A stretch of DNA of 64,000 bases from the NCBI GenBank assembly GCA_017621845.1, contig JAGASI010000025.1:7619-71618 (forward strand), written 5' to 3'. Shown here piece after piece: positions 59,365 to 64,000 of the stretch (its first letter is position 1; the number at the start of each line of letters is the position of its first letter). Origin of the DNA: Muribaculaceae bacterium (GTDB taxonomy: Bacteria > Bacteroidota > Bacteroidia > Bacteroidales > Muribaculaceae). The translations under genes were made by a program, and so were the position numbers. Under the pieces are notes generated by a model. That model did no database searches. It had not been told where the DNA came from and worked only from the letters and a program-made list of their open reading frames with translations.

Positions 59365-59970
59365 TTATTTAGAATACAACTCGACAATAAGCTGTTCCTT
59401 GATATTCTCGGGTATGTCTTCGCGAGCGGGGAGGTGAAGGAATTTACCACCTTTGAGGCTCTCGTCCCACTCTATCCAGGGATATTTGGTGTGGTTGAAG
59501 CCGGCGAGGTTGTCGTTGATAACCTCAAGTGATTTGGATTTCTCGCGAACGGCAACTACGTCACCGGGTTTTACCTGATAAGAGGGGATGTTGACGACTT
59601 GACCGTTAACAGTGATGTGACGGTGGAGTACTATCTGACGGGCGGCAGCACGTGTGCGGGCCAGACCCAGACGATATACTACGTTGTCGAGACGTGACTC
59701 CAGGAGTTGGAGCAGAATCTCACCGGTAATACCTTTCATTGAAGATGCTTTTTCAAACAGATTGCGGAACTGTTTTTCGAGTACTCCATAGGTATATTTT
59801 GCTTTCTGTTTTTCGCGGAGCTGAACGCCATACTCTGATGTTTTACGACGTTTGTTCTGTCCGTGCTGGCCTGGAGGGAAGTTACGCTTAGCGAGAACTT
59901 TGTCGGGGCCATAGATGGGTTCGCCGAATTTACGGGCAATTTTGGTCTTGGGACCTGTGTATCTAGCCAT
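59365..59970 (-). CDS. rpsD: 30S ribosomal protein S4
   Basis: [29 protein letters not shown]. Confidence 0.99.
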   Translation of the reverse strand: MARYTGPKTKIARKFGEPIYGPDKVLAKRNFPPGQHGQNKRRKTSEYGVQLREKQKAKYTYGVLEKQFRNLFEKASSMKGITGEILLQLLESRLDNVVYRLGLARTRAAARQIVLHRHITVNGQVVNIPSYQVKPGDVVAVREKSKSLEVINDNLAGFNHTKYPWIEWDESLKGGKFLHLPAREDIPENIKEQLIVELYSK

Positions 59971-60414
59971 TGTGTTTGTTAATCAGTTTGTAGGGGTAAT
60001 AAAGCCTGTCGACGGTAATCACCTGGACGATTGTCGGCGAGCGTTAGATTTTTCTCGCTTTATCGGTTGGCCGGTGATGACGGGTAGTTGGAATTGTTAG
60101 TGCAGCCGCGACCATTGAGAGGTGATGTTTAATGGTCTATTCACGTTCTAATTCCGGTGGCCCGGGTCATCATTTTGCTTTTTGTTATCTGGGAGAGTCT
60201 TCTCGAGGCTTTACGGCTGTCGCCGCGTTTACCCTTTTGGTTGATGATGTTATGTTGCTATTTACTAAAAGTAGTTAGAGTCTCTCGCTCTGTCTCACCT
60301 TCCTTGGGGTGTCTGACACCGGCCTCTTTTACGAGTGCCTGAAGGACGTGATTGTCAGTAGGATATTACTGATCAGGAGCTTTAAGGCTCTTTTGGATAA
60401 TCCGGAGACGGGGA

Positions 60415-60804
60415 TTATACGCGACGGCGTTTGGGAGGACGGCAACCGTTGTGGGGCAGTGGAGTGACGTCGATAATCTCGACTACTTCGATGCCGGCAC
60501 CATGCACGGTGCGTATTGCTGATTCACGGCCGTTACCGGGACCCTTGACATAAGCCTTGACTTTGCGCAAACCGAGATCATAAGCGATCTTGGCGCAATC
60601 TTGGGCTGCCATCTGGGCGGCATACGGTGTATTTTTCTTTGAGCCACGGAAGCCCATCTTGCCGGCCGATGACCAGGAGATTACCTGGCCCTCGCTATTG
60701 GCTAAGCACACAATAATGTTGTTGAAAGATGAGTGTACGTGAAGCTGGCCCTCGGCCGATACTTTAACGTTTCTCTTCTTTGCTGCGACTGTCTTTTTTG
60801 CCAT
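60415..60804 (-). CDS. rpsK: 30S ribosomal protein S11
   Basis: [39 protein letters not shown]. Confidence 0.99.
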   Translation of the reverse strand: MAKKTVAAKKRNVKVSAEGQLHVHSSFNNIIVCLANSEGQVISWSSAGKMGFRGSKKNTPYAAQMAAQDCAKIAYDLGLRKVKAYVKGPGNGRESAIRTVHGAGIEVVEIIDVTPLPHNGCRPPKRRRV

Positions 60805-60822
60805 AATTTCTGATTATGTTTT

Positions 60823-61203
60823 TTATTTGGTAGCTTTCTTCTTGTTAGCAACGGTTTTCTTGCGGCCCTTACGGGTGCGAGCGTTGTTTTTAGTTGATTG
60901 TCCGCGAACGGGGAGACCGTTACGGTGGCGCACGCCTCTGTAGCAACCGATATCCATCAATCGCTTGATGTTTAATTGGATCTCGCTACGGAGGTCACCT
61001 TCTACTTTGTAATCGCTGCCGATGACTTCACGTACTTTGGCTGCCTGGGCATCTGTCCAGTCTTGTACTTTGATGTTAACGTCGACACCGGCCTTCTCGA
61101 GGATGGTCTTGGCGGCGCTACGTCCGATGCCAAAGATGTAGGTCAGGGCGATTTCACCTCTTTTGTTCTGGGGGAGGTCAACTCCCACAATTCTTACTGC
61201 CAT
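60823..61203 (-). CDS. rpsM: 30S ribosomal protein S13
   Basis: [37 protein letters not shown]. Confidence 0.99.
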   Translation of the reverse strand: MAVRIVGVDLPQNKRGEIALTYIFGIGRSAAKTILEKAGVDVNIKVQDWTDAQAAKVREVIGSDYKVEGDLRSEIQLNIKRLMDIGCYRGVRHRNGLPVRGQSTKNNARTRKGRKKTVANKKKATK

Positions 61204-61251
61204 ATTAATTCTTTAGGTATTGACTATTTTTTTTGCAAAAATAATAAAAAA

Positions 61252-61368
61252 TTATCCTTGACGCTGTTTATACTTGGGATTTTTTTTATTAATCACGTAC
61301 AGGCGACCCTTGCGACGAACGATTTTGCTGTCCGGGGTGCGTTTTTTGACAGAAGCTCTAACTTTCAT
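61252..61368 (-). CDS. rpmJ: 50S ribosomal protein L36 (38 aa, Zn-free type; missing from the ORF track)
   Basis: Hand translation: [38 protein letters not shown]. Confidence 0.96.
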   Translation of the reverse strand: MKVRASVKKRTPDSKIVRRKGRLYVINKKNPKYKQRQG

Positions 61369-61510
61369 TTTAGTATTTTCTTTTAGTAATTTGTTATTCT
61401 ATGTCTATTATCTGCACTTTTTACACGTCAACATGCTCGCCGATATGCCATAAATAATGACACATTGGCCAAATTCAATATTTTCAACTGTTGACTCGTG
61501 TTAAAAATAC

Positions 61511-61729
61511 TTATTTATATCTAAAAGCAATGCGTCCCTTGGACAAATCATACGGCGACATCTCTACTCTTACTTTATCACCGGGCAGGATTTTGATGTA
61601 ATGCATTCTCATCTTGCCTGAGATATGGGCTGTAATCTGATGTCCGTTCTCGAGTTCAACGCGGAACATGGCGTTGGACAATGCCTCGACGATAGTTCCG
61701 TCTTGTTCGATAGCTGCTTGTTTTGCCAT
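61511..61729 (-). CDS. infA: Translation initiation factor IF-1
   Basis: [11 protein letters not shown]...[19 protein letters not shown]. Confidence 0.99.
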   Translation of the reverse strand: MAKQAAIEQDGTIVEALSNAMFRVELENGHQITAHISGKMRMHYIKILPGDKVRVEMSPYDLSKGRIAFRYK

Positions 61730-61870
61730 AAAGAGGTTATAGTGTTTGTTTGATTTGTTATAGGTGTATTGTTTTGCTTAAAGATTATGTTTTCGGTGGG
61801 AGGAATGGGTTGCTTCACTTAGGGAAATCCATGTCAATATGTGATTATGGCTTCTCGGGGAGTGTCAATA

Positions 61871-62653
61871 TCATATAAACCGGTCTCCCAGGGCTTGTTT
61901 GATATAGTCAAACGTGGTGAGCACCTCGGTCTGTCCATCGATGATAGCCAGGGTGTGCTCATAGTGTGCCGAGGGTTTACGATCTTTGGTACGACAGGTC
62001 CAGCCATCTCGCTCGATGACTATATTACGTGACCCGAGATTAATCATCGGCTCTATACACAGGCACATACCGTTACGTATCACCGCTCCGGTACCGCGGC
62101 GGCCATAATTGGGCACCTCGGGGTCCTCGTGCATCGAACGTCCTATACCGTGACCACACATTTCACGCACTACCGAGTATCCTCTATGCTCACAGTAGGT
62201 CTGTACCGCGTTTGCAATATCTCCGATACGATGTCCGGCACGACATGCTTCGATACCGACATAGAGAGACTCCTTGGTGGTAAGACACAGGTCCAGCACT
62301 TTGGAATCTACATCTCCTACAGGGAACGTGTAGCACATGTCTCCCATAAATCCGTCCAGCTCTACAACCAGGTCTACACCGACTATGTCGCCCGACTTTA
62401 ACTGATATCCCGAAGGAAAACCATGAACAATAACATCGTTTACCTCGATACATACAGCTCCGGGAAAACCTTCATAACCAAGGCAGGCGGGTGTGCCACC
62501 GTTATCGCCGATAAATGTGCGGGCGACTTGGTCAAGATGAGCGGTAGTGACGCCTTCCTGGACGTGACGGGCAATCTCGCCCATAGTGCGCGATGTGAGT
62601 TCACATGCTCGGCGCATCTGTTCCATTTCGGCCGGTGTTTTAATGTATATCAT
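61871..62653 (-). CDS. map: Methionine aminopeptidase type I
   Basis: IVHGFP, GDIVGVD, CGHGIG, IEPMIN, SAHYEHT. Confidence 0.97.
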   Translation of the reverse strand: MIYIKTPAEMEQMRRACELTSRTMGEIARHVQEGVTTAHLDQVARTFIGDNGGTPACLGYEGFPGAVCIEVNDVIVHGFPSGYQLKSGDIVGVDLVVELDGFMGDMCYTFPVGDVDSKVLDLCLTTKESLYVGIEACRAGHRIGDIANAVQTYCEHRGYSVVREMCGHGIGRSMHEDPEVPNYGRRGTGAVIRNGMCLCIEPMINLGSRNIVIERDGWTCRTKDRKPSAHYEHTLAIIDGQTEVLTTFDYIKQALGDRFI

Positions 62654-62846
62654 TGTCGCGGATTGTGTCGGTCAGCAGTGACTGAAGTGTTGGTTTTTAG
62701 TGGGGGATGTTGATGGAATATCAAGCGAAGTATTTCCCACCGCGTTGGCCACGACGTGTCTTGGAAGCGTCGTGGCCTTGGGTGGCTGTTAGGGAATTCC
62801 GAGGTCATGCCGACCTCAGGCTATAAGACCATTGATGATGTCGAAA

Positions 62847-64000
62847 TCAATATGCCGAACCGGTTGTGCGACCTTTAATCTTGCCTTCTTTCATCAGGCC
62901 GTCATAGTGGTGCATCATCAGGTGAGACTCTACTTGCTGGAGGGTGTCAAGAACAACACCTACCATAATCAGCAGTGATGTACCGCCAAAGAATTGAGCA
63001 AAGCCGTTACTGATACCAAACATGCGGGCAAATGCAGGCATGATGGCTACCAAGCCCAGGAAGATTGAACCGGGTAAAGTAATACGTGACATAATGGTGT
63101 CGAGATACTCGGCTGTCTTTTTTCCAGGTTTGACGCCAGGGATAAAACCATTGTTGTGCTTCATGTCTTCAGCCATCTGGGTAGGACGTACTGTGATGGC
63201 GGTATAGAAGTATGTAAACGCAACAATCATCACAAAGAAGATGAGGTTGTACCAGAAGCCGTTGATATCAGTCAGTGCACCGACAAATCCTCCGCCCTCG
63301 CTGGCAAAGCCTGCAAGTGTGATTGGGATGAACATGATAGCCTGGGCAAAGATGATGGGCATTACACCGGCAGCATTAACCTTCAGGGGAATATACTGAC
63401 GGGCACCACCATATTGACGGTTGCCGACTATGCGCTTGGCATATTGTACGGGCACTTTGCGTGTACCTTGAACCAGGAGGACAGCTCCGATGGTGACAGC
63501 AAGTAACAGTACTATCTCAATGAGGAACATTACCAGACCACCTTCTGAACCTTGAGCTCCAGGCATACGAGATGTAAGCTCATAGAAGAAGGCTCCCGGG
63601 AGACGGGCGATAATACCTACGAGGATGATAAATGAAATACCGTTACCGATACCGCGGTCGGTGATACGCTCACCAAGCCACATGATAAACATGGAGCCAG
63701 CGGCAAGGATGACTGTCAGATAGGCAATGGTCCAGAATCCAAAGGCTACATTGGCACCGTGTGAAGCTTGTGCAAACTGATATTGAAGGTTGGCAAGGTA
63801 AGCCGGTGCCTGCATCAACAGAATAAGAACTGTGAGATAACGGGTGTACTGATTAAGTTTCTGACGTCCGCTCTCGCCTTCACGCTGCATTTTCTGGAAC
63901 GAAGGCAGTACCATACCTAACAATTGTATCACGATGGATGCAGTAATGTAAGGCATAATACCAAGGGCAAAGATTGAGGCCTGTGAAAAGGCTCCGCCCG
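62847..64000 (-). CDS. secY: Preprotein translocase SecY, 5' part outside the window
   Basis: Frame is open to the window end (GGAFSQASIFALGIMPYITASI); GIGNGISFII, FIPGVKPGK, GGTSLLI. Confidence 0.98.
   Translation of the reverse strand, partial: GGAFSQASIFALGIMPYITASIVIQLLGMVLPSFQKMQREGESGRQKLNQYTRYLTVLILLMQAPAYLANLQYQFAQASHGANVAFGFWTIAYLTVILAAGSMFIMWLGERITDRGIGNGISFIILVGIIARLPGAFFYELTSRMPGAQGSEGGLVMFLIEIVLLLAVTIGAVLLVQGTRKVPVQYAKRIVGNRQYGGARQYIPLKVNAAGVMPIIFAQAIMFIPITLAGFASEGGGFVGALTDINGFWYNLIFFVMIVAFTYFYTAITVRPTQMAEDMKHNNGFIPGVKPGKKTAEYLDTIMSRITLPGSIFLGLVAIMPAFARMFGISNGFAQFFGGTSLLIMVGVVLDTLQQVESHLMMHHYDGLMKEGKIKGRTTGSAY

Noticed and set aside
1-64000. CRISPR arrays, rRNA, tRNA, IS elements, DGR or retron reverse transcriptases
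   Set aside because: No regularly spaced repeats, cloverleafs, DDE/HUH transposase or YxDD reverse-transcriptase motifs were found by eye in the sequence or ORF track.

Overview
Bacterial chromosomal DNA from a Bacteroidales genome, most likely Muribaculaceae-like. That assignment is an inference from TAnnTTTG/TTTG promoter boxes, T9SS genes, absence of obvious Shine-Dalgarno motifs and protein style. The window is mostly housekeeping: galE, the ybaK-aroC-radical SAM operon, polA, metK, a ppiD-like chaperone, SRP RNA-M28/QC-sufE, an ECF sigma factor, GH9, tsaE-birA, murI, lysS-gpsA-pgi, secDF, a TPR + outer-membrane-protein pair, and the end of the spc/alpha operon (secY partial, map, infA, rpmJ, rpsM, rpsK, rpsD, rpoA, rplQ). 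I saw no CRISPR array, tRNA, rRNA, integrase or transposase. Best leads: (1) a SAM-II-like riboswitch before metK whose aptamer strands are complementary to an intrinsic terminator, i.e. transcriptional control; (2) an ATP-grasp protein with motifs resembling eukaryotic ITPK1 inositol-phosphate kinases, coupled to a CDP-alcohol phosphotransferase and a HAD phosphatase; (3) two divergent PorU sortase paralogues heading a 17 kb co-oriented run that ends in YfhO and PorZ; (4) an AT-richer four-gene envelope cassette (two LPP20-like proteins, a PEGA/beta-barrel protein, a transglutaminase-like Cys-His-Asp enzyme); (5) an unassigned structured ~240-nt element upstream of an SRP RNA with a non-GNRA loop, plus a compact promoter-to-terminator sRNA. 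Family assignments come from motif recognition by eye. No searches or folding programs were run.
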